A stretch of DNA of 64,000 nucleotides from Carcharhinus longimanus (GCA_030264375.1 JASCQW010000105.1:54742269-54806268), one strand, 5' to 3'. Counted from the first letter of the stretch, positions 12,445 through 24,900 are shown. Numbers and translations are program-made. The notes: generated from the sequence alone by a model not told the origin.

Positions 12445-12886
12445 GATGTTACTACAGGAGATGGAAGTGAATGTGCAGACAGTGGTATTGATGGTGCGAC
12501 GACAGATAATGATCATCTATCCCGTTATTCCAATATTACCAGTTCAACATGCCATCCGCCCACTTTTAATCGTGGGTTAATTTGTAGTGAACTTGGCGCA
12601 GCAGGAGATGCACTTCGGCAAGGGGTGTATGAAAATTTTAGGTGCACGTTGGAGTCAAATGCTATCAACACAGAAAATCCAGAAGAAGCAGAGTCAGCTT
12701 TGAGCGATGAACAAAGCAGCGGTACCCTCAGCTCCCCAGGACAGTCAGATAGCCAATCTACGGACCAAGGGACTGTTCGAAAAGCAGGCTCACTTGCTGT
12801 GAAGAACTTTTTAGTCCACAAGAAAAATAAAAAAGTGGAATTGGCTACACGAAGAAAATGGAAATATTATTGGGTATCATTAAAAG
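12445..12886 (+). CDS. TIAM1: TIAM1 coding exon (DSGIDG degron, GVYENF, start of the N-terminal PH domain)
   Basis: Acceptor ttctatgtAG|GAT. Encodes [21 protein letters not shown]...GVYENFR...[16 protein letters not shown]...[40 protein letters not shown]. Donor G|gtacat, phase 1. Confidence 0.95.
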
Positions 12887-13304
12887 GTACATTTTAATCT
12901 CTATTTTGTTTCAGAAAACTCATTGTCTGAACCTTTAACTATGAAATGGATTAAAATGCTGCTTGCTACGTGTGCTATTTATGGTTGGAAATATTTTGGT
13001 ATCAGCTTTGGTATCACCAGTTATGCTTCATTCTAACATACAGCATTCTTTAAAAAGAAATCAACTTAAATTATACTGTATTCTAGGTTATATTATCCTC
13101 AGCCTTGCACCTATTTTTGGATGTAATATAGATGGAAAATCGTGGGAAATGTAATGGAGAAAAAAAGTTTGGCACAAAATGTCTGCTTATCTCGAATGGT
13201 TTTACAATTATCCGCCATCCTCATTCTTGGATCCTATAGCTCCTGGCTAACATCTGCTCTCACCCTGCAAATGGCAAAAAACGTATACAACATCCACCAT
13301 AACT

Positions 13305-13436
13305 TAAACAGAAAATGCTGAAGAAACTCAGCAGGTCTGACAGCATCTGTGGACAGAGAATGGAGCCAATGTTTTGAGTCAGGATGTGGCTTTGTCAGAA
13401 CTGTTTCAGGTTTCAGCAGCTGCAGTATTTTGCTTT
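13305..13436 (-). mobile_element. Penelope-derived short element with a decayed hammerhead
   Basis: gaaaatgctgaagaaactcagcaggtctgacagcatctgtgg motif, shared with 28553, 33423, 45100 and 57131. The minus strand reads CTGACAA...ctcAAAACATT. Confidence 0.65.
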
Positions 13437-14714
13437 ATCCAACGTAACTTTCCTCCCCCATAAAAAAGTGCCTTTAGGAAAGTGCTATTGCAGGTTGCTA
13501 GAGATGTTGGCAATCTGGAAGTGATGGCTGGTGGTCACTATAAAATTTTCTTTTGCTGAATGAAATCATTACTGTGAAAGCCCATAGCATGATACTGTCT
13601 AAAGTTCAAATTCGAGAACAGTTGGATTCTTGTTGAAGAAGTTGAAACTTTGATTTTGGCATTTCTGTATCCTTAAATCATTGCTTCACCTTTAATTATG
13701 CCTTTTCCCAGGTACCATTTTGAGAAGGAGATGATGAGGTTCATCAGGAAACTCTTTAGAATATGATATTCTTTGGTGGTATGGCAGCATAGGTGCCATT
13801 TGACATTAACCCACATATCCACTTTATCATTTATGTCAACCTAGAACTGATCTGAACTTGTGAAGGTGACACTGCAGCAGAAAACTGTATTTCCCCTGGA
13901 ATGCTGTTATGCCAGTAACAGATCTGGCGCCTATATCAAACTGAACCACTATACTACCAATGACCATTTAGCACAATCAGTCATTGTCAGGTACTCGAGC
14001 TCTACTTGCATAATATTTATAGCACAGGTACAGACCATTTAGCCAATAGGTTCACACTGGTACAACAGTTGATAGCACCTTTGTCATGCAAGTCAATTGA
14101 AGCATTATATTAACAAGGTAACGTACCTTTCACAGAGTAGTTTAATTATCTCTTTCCCAATGGGCAAGGCTCATCAACAATATTAGATAAGATGAGTCGA
14201 TAGAGTGATGAAGATTTTGTTAAGTTTGTCTGTAGTTGTACATGTTCTTTTTATTGTCAACTTTGTGAATTTCCTTCCTCCGTGCAGGCTTTTCCTTTTT
14301 TCTTATTTCATCAAAAGGATTTCTGCTGCAAAGTTGGGAATTTTGTGGCCTGATGAAACAACTTTTGACATCTTCTGCTATCTCTGAGTATTTAGAATTT
14401 GGAACCTCTTGCAGCTGCAGTCATTGGAACATTGCAACAGCATTGGATTTCACGCCTACCCAGAAGGAGGGTACTAACAGAGGGTAGAGATAACAGGGAG
14501 CCTATAAGGTGCTGTCAGTGGCACCTGACAATATGTCTTAGGTAGTGAGACAGAAGGGTCAACAGATGGAGAAACAATCAGTGAGAAGGAATGGTTTTGG
14601 ATTGCGGAACAGCTCAGAAGATAGCTCACTGAAAAGAAGGTTCTCTCCTATCTCTGAGTCCTGCAAAGAGGCAGACTTCATGGGTTCAGCTGTGAAAAGA
14701 ACACTATCGGCTCA

Positions 14715-14955
14715 TAAAAACATAAGAACATAAGAAATAGGAGCAGGAGTAGGCCATCCNNNNNNNNNNNNNNNNNNNNNNNNNNNNNNNNNNNNNNNNN
14801 NNNNNNNNNNNNNNNNNNNNNNNNNNNNNNNNNNNNNNNNNNNNNNNNNNNNNNNNNNNCCACATGTACCACAACGACCGGATTCTCACCCTCCCACTCC
14901 AGGTTCCTCTGCAGCCCAGATGCGACATCCCGGACCTGAGCACCAGGCACCCTTC
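14715..14955 (-). mobile_element. CR1 LINE (3' tail and ORF1 esterase) collapsed across a gap
   Basis: CR1 tail at 14715-14759. After the gap the minus strand encodes PGAQVRDVASGLQRNLEWEGENPVVVVHV, the SGNH-esterase motif of CR1 ORF1. Confidence 0.8.
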
Positions 14956-16387
14956 TCTCACTAGATGGAAGGCATGCCAATGAGTTGCAGCCGAGTGTCT
15001 GGAAAATTCTGCTACCAGCCTTCGTGATGTCATCTTGAATGACATCAGCACACTGGAGAGCATGTTTATCTTGCAGGCTGCTGCAACAGGTCCTAACTAA
15101 AATAGTCAATGTCACCAGTCTTTACAGAGCTTGTAGAAGTTTAAATGCAGGTTCTGGATTCCACTTTAAGACATTCTACTATGTTAGAGGCACTGTTGAC
15201 TGGTGAAGCAATTAGATAAGGATTTTCAAATGGTCAGTCATCGACTGTAGCCTGTTCTTCCAAAGAGTGGAAAAATGATGGTCTCCAGTGTTATGGGAGT
15301 GGCAATAGTGTGAGGATGTGCAATTGTTGTCCTTTTTCAGAAGTTCAGCTTGTTTGGTGCTGACAAGTTAGCAAGGCCACATTGTACCAGAAGCAGCTGA
15401 AATGCATCAGTCTTTGGCCAGGCCCTACCAAGCTTGATCAGTAGAAACCATTTAGCAGCTGAGGTAAATCCCTGCTAACCGTTGAGATCGGTAGAGAGGG
15501 TGATGTACCACTGAGCCACGATAAACAGGAATTTTATAACATCTTTTACACATCTGTGTGCTGCACTCACAGATGCAACTGATAACATAGCAGTTGTAGC
15601 AGACTGAAAGCCAACAGCAGCTCAGAAAGACTGTGGCAACTTTAACAATCACTAACTAAATGAGCTCCCTTAATTCAGTAGACAACAGATCCTTTTATAA
15701 GTGGCAGCAGAGGTCTGAGAAAAGTGACTTGAGGATGAATGGCCTTCTGAGTCACTGATATTCCAAAAAACCCAGACAAGAGACATTTGGAATATGGATG
15801 CTGGGTAAAGAGGTGCACTGTTCCCTCTGCTGTCTTTTGATGGGCGCAGTTACAGCTGGTGTTGGTTGCCGATGCTGCCCGTGTTTTCAGTAGTTCCTCC
15901 ATCCAGTGTAAACTAGCAGTAATAAGACCAGGCCAAGTAGAGGGTTTACTAAGGATAATAGGTCATAAAACTGAGAAAGAACTTATTTAGAAAACTTACT
16001 CGCAAAACAAATAGTAAATAGATCCTGTGTTCAGGTGAACATCCTTTAAGTACTCCAGTGGTATGGATAGGTAGCTAGAATAAAGCTGTGCACTTTCTTC
16101 TCTTTTCCCAATCCATTCTTGCATGCTGCTGATTTAATGACCAGGTTTTTAGTAGCATGGGTGTCTCATTAGTGTTTAGATGTTGTGGTCAGTGCCAGAT
16201 GCATCTGTAAAACCTGGGCGGCATGCAGGAACAGGATAAGAAGAGTTAAAATCTAGGCTACAGCTTCGGTGCCTCAGACATTGGTCCTATTAGGTTGATC
16301 TGGCTGGATCACTCACTGTTACTTCTCTAATTTTTCCCTGAAATGAAATTTAAGTAAAAATTGCATTGTTGGACCCTGATTTAATAT

Positions 16388-16799
16388 GTTCATGAGACCT
16401 CTGCTCACACATGGTGTGTGACTCTTCCAAAGCAAAAAAGTGCATGATTGAAGTCCCAGCAATGNNNNNNNNNCTGGAACTTATTGGAAAACCTGTGCCT
16501 GACATTTTAACCACATGCTCAACCTGTCCCTAATGGGTAGAGGGAGTTTAAACCTTGTATAAATCAAGAAGTTGAATACCACAACTAAGCTGATCTCAAC
16601 TGAGGCATTTAACAACTTCTTGATTTATATAAGGTTTAAACTCCCTCTACCCATTAGGGACAGGTTGGGCATGTAGTTAAAATATCAGGCACAGGTTTTC
16701 CAATAAGTTCCAGATGCCCACCCATTGCTGGGACTTCAATCATGCACTTTTTTGCTTTGGAAGAGTCACACACCATGTGTGAGCAGAGGTCTCATGAAC
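16388..16799. repeat. Long inverted repeat (about 187-bp arms, imperfectly self-complementary centre)
   Basis: 16388-16574 is the reverse complement of about 16613-16799, with about 4 mismatches by eye. Confidence 0.95.
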
Positions 16800-17226
16800 T
16801 CAGTTAGATTTGTTGCCTGTAGGCTGTGGGCAAAATCAGCTAGAGTTCAGGTTCCTAATTCCCATGCAGTGACCCCTTATGGAATGTACATCTTTTGATA
16901 AGCTTGACACAATCTTCCTAGTTTATCTGCATTATTTCACCTAGTAAAATTCTACTGCTATTTATCATGGAAGCTGATGCCTGAATAATGATAATTTGGA
17001 TGAGGTACTGGAAGGTATTCCAACAAGGAATTCCCATCTTCATAAGAGAAGGATATAAATTGACCAGGAAAAATACATAAATACTTGACAGCCCTAAGTT
17101 TATTTTCTTAAAAAGTACAAAGCTCTTATAAATGCTCATGAATTTGTCATTTAATTTAGAATGTTACAAAGAAGTTGATGTAAATTGAATTTCATTCAGA
17201 ATATTATTTGCCTTTCTCAACTTTAG

Positions 17227-17399
17227 GCTGTACCTTATTTTTTTATGATGGAGATGGGAGATCAGGAGTGGACCAGAATAGTGTATCAAAGCACATGGTT
17301 TGGATTGAAAATAGCATTGTTCAGGCGGTCCCTGAACATCCAAAGAAAGATTATGTATTTTGTCTCAGCAATTCCCTTGGGGATGCTTTCTTATTTCAG
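17227..17399 (+). CDS. TIAM1: TIAM1 coding exon (PH domain)
   Basis: Acceptor ctcaactttAG|GC. Encodes GCTLFFYDGDGRSGVDQNSVSKHMVWIENSIVQAVPEHPKKDYVFCLSNSLGDAFLFQ. Donor CAG|gtttgt, phase 0. Confidence 0.95.
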
Positions 17400-18014
17400 G
17401 TTTGTTTTTCTGGTACTTCTCATTTTATATGTTGATTAATTGCTAATGTATTATTATTACTGTCTCAAGCAATTGTACAATTGCACTAAACAGTATGTTT
17501 CAATTGCATGAACTAGTGTAAGAAGATTGTTATTTTGCACACGTTACTGAAAAACAAACTGTGTATGTTTTAATGCAGAATGGTTTGACTGATTTCAGGT
17601 TGAATTGAGTTGTCCTTCCTTCATAACTGTAAAAAGACTCTGGGCTGAAATGCAATGATTGCTTAAGTGTATTTTTGAATTTGTTTTTATTAATCTTTAG
17701 ACTACAAGCACTTCATAGAATTCTAGGAAGCCTTGAGTGATGAATAGGTTTTCAGTTCATTCGCCATGCCATGGTAAAAAAAAATCCCATAAAATGAATA
17801 ATGTACACTTGTTTTAGGTTGAAATGCATCATTATCAGTTGCCTGCCCACATTGTTAGGATCCAACTGCCCTTTTAAGTGATAGAACTTACATTGTAAAA
17901 GTTGAACTGTGTTTGCCCAACATCTGACCCTTGAGTCAAGTTGCAGCTGATCGGGGCTCATTATGAACATGATTTTGTCATATGGATCAACTGCGACTCA
18001 GTTGCTAACATTCA

Positions 18015-18320
18015 TAACTCTGAGAGGTACTTGGTTCAAGTCCCATTCTAGGATTTGGGCACAAAAATCAAGGCTGATATTTCAGTGCAGTCAGAGCTGC
18101 CATCTTTCAGATGGGGCATTGAATGAGGCCTCGTCTGTGTCTCAGGTGGATGGAAAAAGTCCCAAGGCACCATTTTAAGCACGATCAGGGGAGTTACTCC
18201 CCGTGTATTGGCCAATATTTATCTACCAAACAACACCACAAAAACAGATTATTGTTATCACATTTCTGTTTGTGGGAGGTCGCTGTGCACAAATTGGCGG
18301 CTGCATTTCCTACATTATAT
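18015..18320 (+). mobile_element. Deu-domain SINE (SacSINE1/AmnSINE1 superfamily)
   Basis: tRNA-like head ggttcaagtccca and Deu-type core (ggccaatatttatc...ctgtttgtgggaggtcgctgtgcacaaattggcggctgcatttcctaca). Confidence 0.65.
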
Positions 18321-18359
18321 CATGAATGCAATACCTGAAGCAAAGACAAGAACAGCTGG

Positions 18360-18502
18360 GGCTGACTGGCAGACTTTTTGTGCGAAATATTCCTGTCCCA
18401 CCCACCACAGGAATCACAGTGGGTGGAACGAAGACCATGCAAAGGTCCGTTGACCTCTGGTGGGATTTTCTGGTTTTGGGAGAGCACGACTGGAAAATCC
18501 TG
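18360..18502. mobile_element. Short MITE-like repeat
   Basis: GC-rich catgcaaaggtccgttgacct...gggattttctggttttggg...ggaaaatcc, with a terminus like the Harbinger-type TIRs seen elsewhere in the window. Confidence 0.4.
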
Positions 18503-21348
18503 AGGTTTTGGACAGAAGAGGAAAGAGTGCGGGAAGCCTCATAGAGAGATAAAGAATGCAGTTTGTGTGGTTAGCAGTGAGGACTATGCTACATTTCTGT
18601 GAATTACTAAACAGGATGCCGGACAGAAGGTAGTGACTGGTCGAAGAGATGTATTCCATGGCATTCTAAGGAATATGAGGATTTGCAGGGAGGAAATGGG
18701 AAGTGCTGATGTGGGCCTTCCAGCTGATAGTTGGTGTGCAAACTCTGAAAACTGAGAGCGGTGCCTTTTGGAGGTCACTTGACATTTCGATTTTCGCAAA
18801 ATGGTGAGAAGCGGACTCATTGGAAGCTGGAGTGATTTTGGCCTGATTCTTGTGAAAACTTTTATTCTGCAGAGAGTGGGATGTTTCATTTATCTGTGGT
18901 GCAGGGTTTTTGGCTGTGTTTAATGTTAAAGGAGAGGATATTTTTAGTGTATCAGTTGTTTGCTAAGTTTTGTTTATTTGTTACAGTAAAGGTCTTAAAC
19001 TTGAAATCTTGTTGTTTGGTTCAAGTTGATCACTGGGAATTTAAATATCTTTTTAGAAATTCTTGATCTCCAAAGAGGCCAAAATAATAACAATCATTAC
19101 AGCTCAAAAATAATCCATTGACTGGAAATTGTGATGTTTGGTGGTCATGAGGGATGCTACATAAATGTAATTCTTTCTTCTTTAATAGGCATAACAACAT
19201 CAACTTGTTGATTAGTTGCATTATGGCACAACGAGTAAATTTTGGCCCCCAAATGGGTAGGTTTGTGACATTTGGGAGGCTCAGAAGTAAAAAAAATCCA
19301 AAACATGAACTGAACTAGGCTCAAATCTGCTCATGTCTAGTTTTAACAAAGGCAGGTCGAGAGGTGGAAAATCAATCTGCTGTCAGAAGCTGTATAGAAA
19401 ACTTTTAAAGAAATTTAATTTGAGTGTTTTTACTTTTAACCATGTCAGACAGGTTTCCCAGCCAAGAGAAACCCAGCAGATAAAAGCAAACAGGAAATAC
19501 GTGATCAGTCATCAAAGTACTTGCTCCTGGACTGAGAGGAGCAAGACTGTTTCTTTCTGGCCAAATCAGCAAACCTGTAAAAAGAAATAAACCCAAATGC
19601 TTCCACAATTTGTTTCTGATTCCCACCAAATCACCAACACTTGATCTCTGTTCTGGGTTTCGAAAGAAAGTAAGATGTATGCCATTCAGGGAAACCCATC
19701 TTTCCAAGTTTCTTGATCATGGCTCCTTCCTGATGATTCAAAATCCTGCTGCAGTAAATATCAGGGCCACTGACTCATTGCCACTCGGAAACACTCCTAA
19801 TTATCAAGTTGTAAACAAATCATGGGTGATCCCAAAGCTTTTTACAGCCAATTAATTATAAAGTGTGGTCACCACTATGGAGGCGAATGTGAAACTTGTT
19901 TGTGCACAGCATGGCCCCAGAGCAGCAATAAATTCATTAAGCCAATGCTTGGGGCATTATTGTAAAAATTATGCTTTATATAGAAAAAAAGATCCTGACA
20001 ATCCTATTTTATATTCAGGAAAATCTGAGGAATCAAATGTGAGATTTATTGAAAATCACTTGCTTCTTGTGTGGTTTAGCCACTTAATTAAACATGTATG
20101 ACTATTTTAATGGTGATAATTGGGTCCAGGGGCCCTGTAAGTATCATTTAATATCAGCCATAAAGTTATATTTCAATTTAAATTAACATTACTCTCCTTG
20201 GCATACTAATTGCACACAGATCCAAAATAATATTTCATAGGAATGTGAATAAGTTTGTACTTGAAATAAGTAGTAGTTCATAGGTAAAATTTTAAGCAAG
20301 CTGTGGGACTGAGAACAATGACCGATTTCTGCTGGAGCCAACTTTTGAGCTTGTTCCATTGTGAATTGAAAACTGCATAAACAGTGAAACCTCTGAAACC
20401 TTTGTAACTGATCTTGGAAAAAAGAATATTATTTGGTGGCTTTATCTGGGTAGATTCCCATAAGAATTGCTATTGCATGCAGAATGCCTCCTAGGACCTT
20501 CCTCTTGCAACTTCTCCACTATTTCATTGAGTTGAGTGACCTACTTGTTAAAAATAGGCTGTTTCAATATATTATTGATAGAAAATGCCAAAACTACTGA
20601 GCTGATTCTTCTGCATCTGGAAGTGATGTTTTCACCTGTGACATCAAACTCTTGAACAGATGTTGACATACTTTCAGTATACATATTTTCAGATTTTCAA
20701 TGTTTGGGATTTTCCACTGTTCTATTATTCATTAAGTTAACTACAAATGATTTTAAAGACTGAGTTTATGTTTGAAATGTATAATTGCAGAACAAATTTT
20801 ATTACAAAGAACTTGCATCTTTCATTGATACGGCTGTTCCATTACTCTTCATCTGTCCACCTTTATATAGTGGACACTCTTCACGGGGTCACACTTCACC
20901 ACGCATCTCGGACTACCAGTATTCCGGCAATTGGAGATGAGCAGAAGCCGTGGCACCCAGCTGGAATCCCGCTACGCGCCCTCCGTTCATGTCTCCGCGC
21001 AGCGGGCTGGGAGAATCAACTCCCATTTGTTCCGCTGCACCATCAATGCTGCAAAAACAATACCTGCTATCAACTTGCACATGATTTTAAAACCCATTGA
21101 ATTTTCTGCAGGAAGTTGGGGTCAGCATTCAATAATGTAAGGACCATTTTAAATCACAAGGTTCACGTTCCTGCTGAGTCACTCAACCTCCAGGAACAGT
21201 TGAAACTGTGAAGTTTAACTTGCAGGTAATTTGTTCCTCAGTGTTTGTAAAATTTGACATTTAAATCTCGATTTTACTGGTCAACAAGATGCATTGTGGG
21301 TCCTGTAGTTCACAAAAGCCCCAGATCTCATTTCTAGCAATTAGCGGC

Positions 21349-21590
21349 ATAGAACATAGAACATAGAACATTACAGCGCAGAACAGGCCCTTCGGCCCAT
21401 GATGTTGCGCCGACCAGTTNNNNNNNNNNNNNNNNNNNNNNNNNNNNNNNNNNNNNNNNNNNNNNNNNNNNNNNNNNNNNNNNNNNNNNNNNNNNNNNNN
21501 NNNNNNNNNNNNNNNNNNNATGACACCCTTCCTCACAATCTACCACACCTCCGACTTTGGTGTCATCAGCAAATTTACTAATCCACCCAA
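21349..21590 (-). mobile_element. CR1 LINE spanning an assembly gap
   Basis: (atagaac)n tail before the gap; ISKFADDTKVGGVVDCEEGC (RT catalytic motif) after it. Confidence 0.85.
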
Positions 21591-21759
21591 CTATACATAA
21601 CAATTCTTGAGCTGAAACACAAGAACAAATTCTCAGACATGGGGCTTATTTTCCACAGTATTTCAAAACAAAAGTTAATTTAACATAATACTACTGATAA
21701 ACATGTTCACCCCTGAATATGGCCATTCTAAAAGAATTGCTTGAATAATCTCACACATG

Positions 21760-24000
21760 TCCCTGAATTTCGTTCTGCAACTGTCAGCTTGAACCCTGCT
21801 GAATTCCAGCCTCACCAACAAGAAGACCTCTTCAACATCTTTGTTATTAAGACCAAGAACATCTGTTCAGCTACTTCTGCTGTGTCCCTCCCTTCCATCA
21901 GCCCACTGAGCCAAGATTCCCCATGCCTTAACTCTAAAATTGCATCTTTCTTTTCTGTCTACCCTCTTAGCCTCTCCCATCTTATTTGTCCATGAAACTC
22001 ACTCCTGCTCCCTGGGTTCTATTTCCATTGAACTGCTGACCTTTCTGGTCCCCATTTTAGGTAGTACTGTGAATGGTTTTCTCTCTTCATGGTTTCCCCT
22101 CCTCTTTAAAGCTGCTATCATAGCCACTTTCCTCAAATGAACCCATGACCCACCGCCCTTGCAAACTTCTGCTCCCACTATGATCCCTTTAATCTCCACC
22201 TTCCCTCAATGTTTTGTCGCCTTCCCAAGTCTGTGAGCTCCTTTCCTGGAATCTTTGCAATCAGGTTTTCTCCAGCCGCAGTCCCCAAACGCTTTTATCA
22301 GAGTCACAAATGACATCCTTTGTGACTGTGACAAAGATAAATTATTCCTCCTCCTCCTTGCTCTAACAACAGCCTTTGCCATGGTTAACCACACCAGCCA
22401 CCTTCAGTGCCTTGCCAGTGTTCTCCAGCATCATTCAAAGTACATTTATCATTTTTGCATGTATGCTGATAACACTTAGGTCTACCTCACTCCCTTGACT
22501 CCTCCATTGTTGCTTAAGTATCAGACTGCTTATCCAACATCCAATACCGGATGAGCAGAAATTTTCTCCATTGGAAAACTGAAGCCCTTGTTTTTAGTCC
22601 TTGCAACACCGCCTCCATGCCTCTCCCTGACAACTATTTATTAAGACAACCTTAAGTCATATTTGACCTGAAGTGAATTTCCAACTACACATTTGTACCA
22701 TCCCTATTGTTTCCAGCTATGTAACATTGCCCAACTGCTTCCTTACTGATCCTGAAACTTTCAGCCATTTCTTTGTCATTTCTAGACTTGATTATTCCAA
22801 TGTATTCCTGGCTACCTCCTGGATTCTACACTCTAAACTTGAAGTCATCCAAAACTCTGCTACTTGTGTCCTAATTGACACCAAGTCCAATTCACCTATC
22901 ATCCCTATGCTTACTGACTGCCATTGACACTTGGTCAAGTGTCATCTTGATTTTAAAACTTTCAGTCTTGTTTTCAAATCCCTGTGTGCCGTTTTCCCCT
23001 CTATCTGTCTGATCTCCTGCAGCCTCACAGCACTCAATGGAGACGTTGCAGAACTTGGTGGTGCGGAAGGATCTGGATAACCTGGTACATGAATCGTAGA
23101 AAGTTAGTAAGTAGGTACAGAAAGTGATGAGGAATTTGTTGGAAGGGGACTGGAATTTAAAAGTGAGAAGTTTTGCACAGTATTGGTCTCATTTCAGAAA
23201 GGATATAATTGCATTTGAAACTGTTCAGAGAAGGTTCACATTTCTGATTTTTGGCATGAATAGGTTGTTTTCTAATGACAGGTTGGATTGTTGGGTCTGA
23301 ATCCATTGGAGTTGAGAGGTAATCTTATTGCAAAATATCAGATCCTGAGAGGACTTGACAGACTGAATACTGAGAGGATGTTTCCATTTGTGGAAGAGAC
23401 TAGAACTTGAGGATACAGTTTAAAAAGAAAGGGTCTCCTTATTAAGATGAAGATGAGTAAATTTTTCTTTGGGCATTGTTAGTTAGTGGAAATATCTTCC
23501 CCAGAAAGCATCAAAGGCAGGGCCATTGAATATTTTTATGACTGAGTTAGATAGATTCTTGATTGGTGATGAGGTTAAAGAATAATAGGGGACAGATAGG
23601 AAAGTAGAGGTCACAATCAAATTAGCTATCATCTTATCAATGGTGGAGCAACTTAAAGGGCTGAAAGGCCAACGTCTGCTGCAAATTCATATGTTCATAT
23701 ATCTGCGCTCCTCTTATTACAGCCACTTGAGTGTCTCCACTTTTAATTGTTCCCCCATTGGTGGCCGTGTCTTCAATTGTCTAGGTCCCTGGAAGTCCAT
23801 ATTTGCCCCTCTCCACCTTTCTATCTTGCTTTCTACTTCTAAGATTGTCATTAAAACCTTTCTATTTAAGCAAGCTTTGGTCATCTAACCTCATATTTCA
23901 TTATGTGGCTGGGTGTCATATTTTGTTTTATAATGCTCACGTGTAGTACCTCAACACATTTTATTACATTAAAGGTGTGATATAAATATAAGCTGTTATA
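21760..24000 (+). mobile_element. Decayed L2 LINE (RT region and 3' end), interrupted by a CR1
   Basis: QSGFLQPQSPNAFIRVTNDILCDCDKDKLFLLLL...MYADNT and SRLDYSNVFLA...LEVIQNSA. The L2 3' end resumes near 23700. Confidence 0.8.
23035..23695 (+). mobile_element. CR1 LINE 3' fragment nested in L2
   Basis: gttcagagaaggttcaca, gagttagatagattcttgatt and the tail aatggtggagca...aaaggggctgaaaggcc are CR1 3' features. Confidence 0.7.
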
Positions 24001-24164
24001 GGTGTTAACTTAGAACTGTCGTTTGTTCTTGTAGCGTGATACCATTGTGAGATTAGCTGTGATCACTATTGGACACTATGATTAACAAAAATAAATACAT
24101 CGTATTCCTTAGTTTTCCATCTGATTTATATTTACTCCAAAATGTTAATCAGAACAATGTCGAA

Positions 24165-24530
24165 TTATAGAGTCATTGAGTTTTACAGCACAAAAAGAGG
24201 CCATTTGGCCCACTGTGTCTATGCCAGCTTTCAAGCACTTGTCTATTCTAACCTCATTTTCCCGCACTTGGCCTGTGGTTTTGTATGCTGTGGTGTTTCA
24301 AGTGCTTATCTAAATGTTTCTTAAATGTTGAGGGTTCCTGCCTCTATCACCCTTGCAAGTGGTCAGTTCCAGTTTCTCACCACGCTTAGAGTGAAAAAGA
24401 ATTTCCTTAAATCCCTTCTAAATTTCATGCCCCTTACCGTAAAACTCTGCACCCCTGGTTATTGACCGGTCGACTAAGTGAAAAAGTACCTACCCTAAAT
24501 ATATCCCTCATAATTTTGTACAGCTTGATT
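24165..24530 (-). mobile_element. CR1 LINE 3' end
   Basis: Tail agagtcattgagttttacagcacaaaaagaggccatttggcc; the minus strand encodes IKLYKIMRDIFRV. Confidence 0.65.
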
Positions 24531-24568
24531 ATACGCACGCACGCACGCACGCGCGCACACACACACAC
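24531..24568 (+). repeat. (ACGC)n-(AC)n compound microsatellite abutting a gap
   Basis: atacgcacgcacgcacgcacgcgcgcacacacacacac followed by 100 N. Confidence 0.9.
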
Positions 24569-24669
24569 NNNNNNNNNNNNNNNNNNNNNNNNNNNNNNNN
24601 NNNNNNNNNNNNNNNNNNNNNNNNNNNNNNNNNNNNNNNNNNNNNNNNNNNNNNNNNNNNNNNNNNNNA

Positions 24670-24900
24670 ATTGAACTGGTTGGAGACTGGCACCTGAGAT
24701 GCTGGGGACCACTGGAGGAGGCCAAGATGGATCATCTACTCGGCAGTTCTGGCTGAAAATTGTTGCAAATACTTCAGTCTTTTGCACTGATGTGTTGGGC
24801 TCCTCCATCATTGACGATGGGAATATTTGTGGAACCTCCTCCTCCAATGAGTTGTTTAATTGTCCACCACCATTCTTGACTGGATGTGGAAAAATGTGGA
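24670..24900 (-). mobile_element. CR1/L2-clade LINE fragment (same family as 29240-32150)
   Basis: Minus ORF EPNTSVQKTEVFATIFSQNCRVDDPSWPPPVVPSISGASLQPVQ, similar to 30740-30960. Confidence 0.7.
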
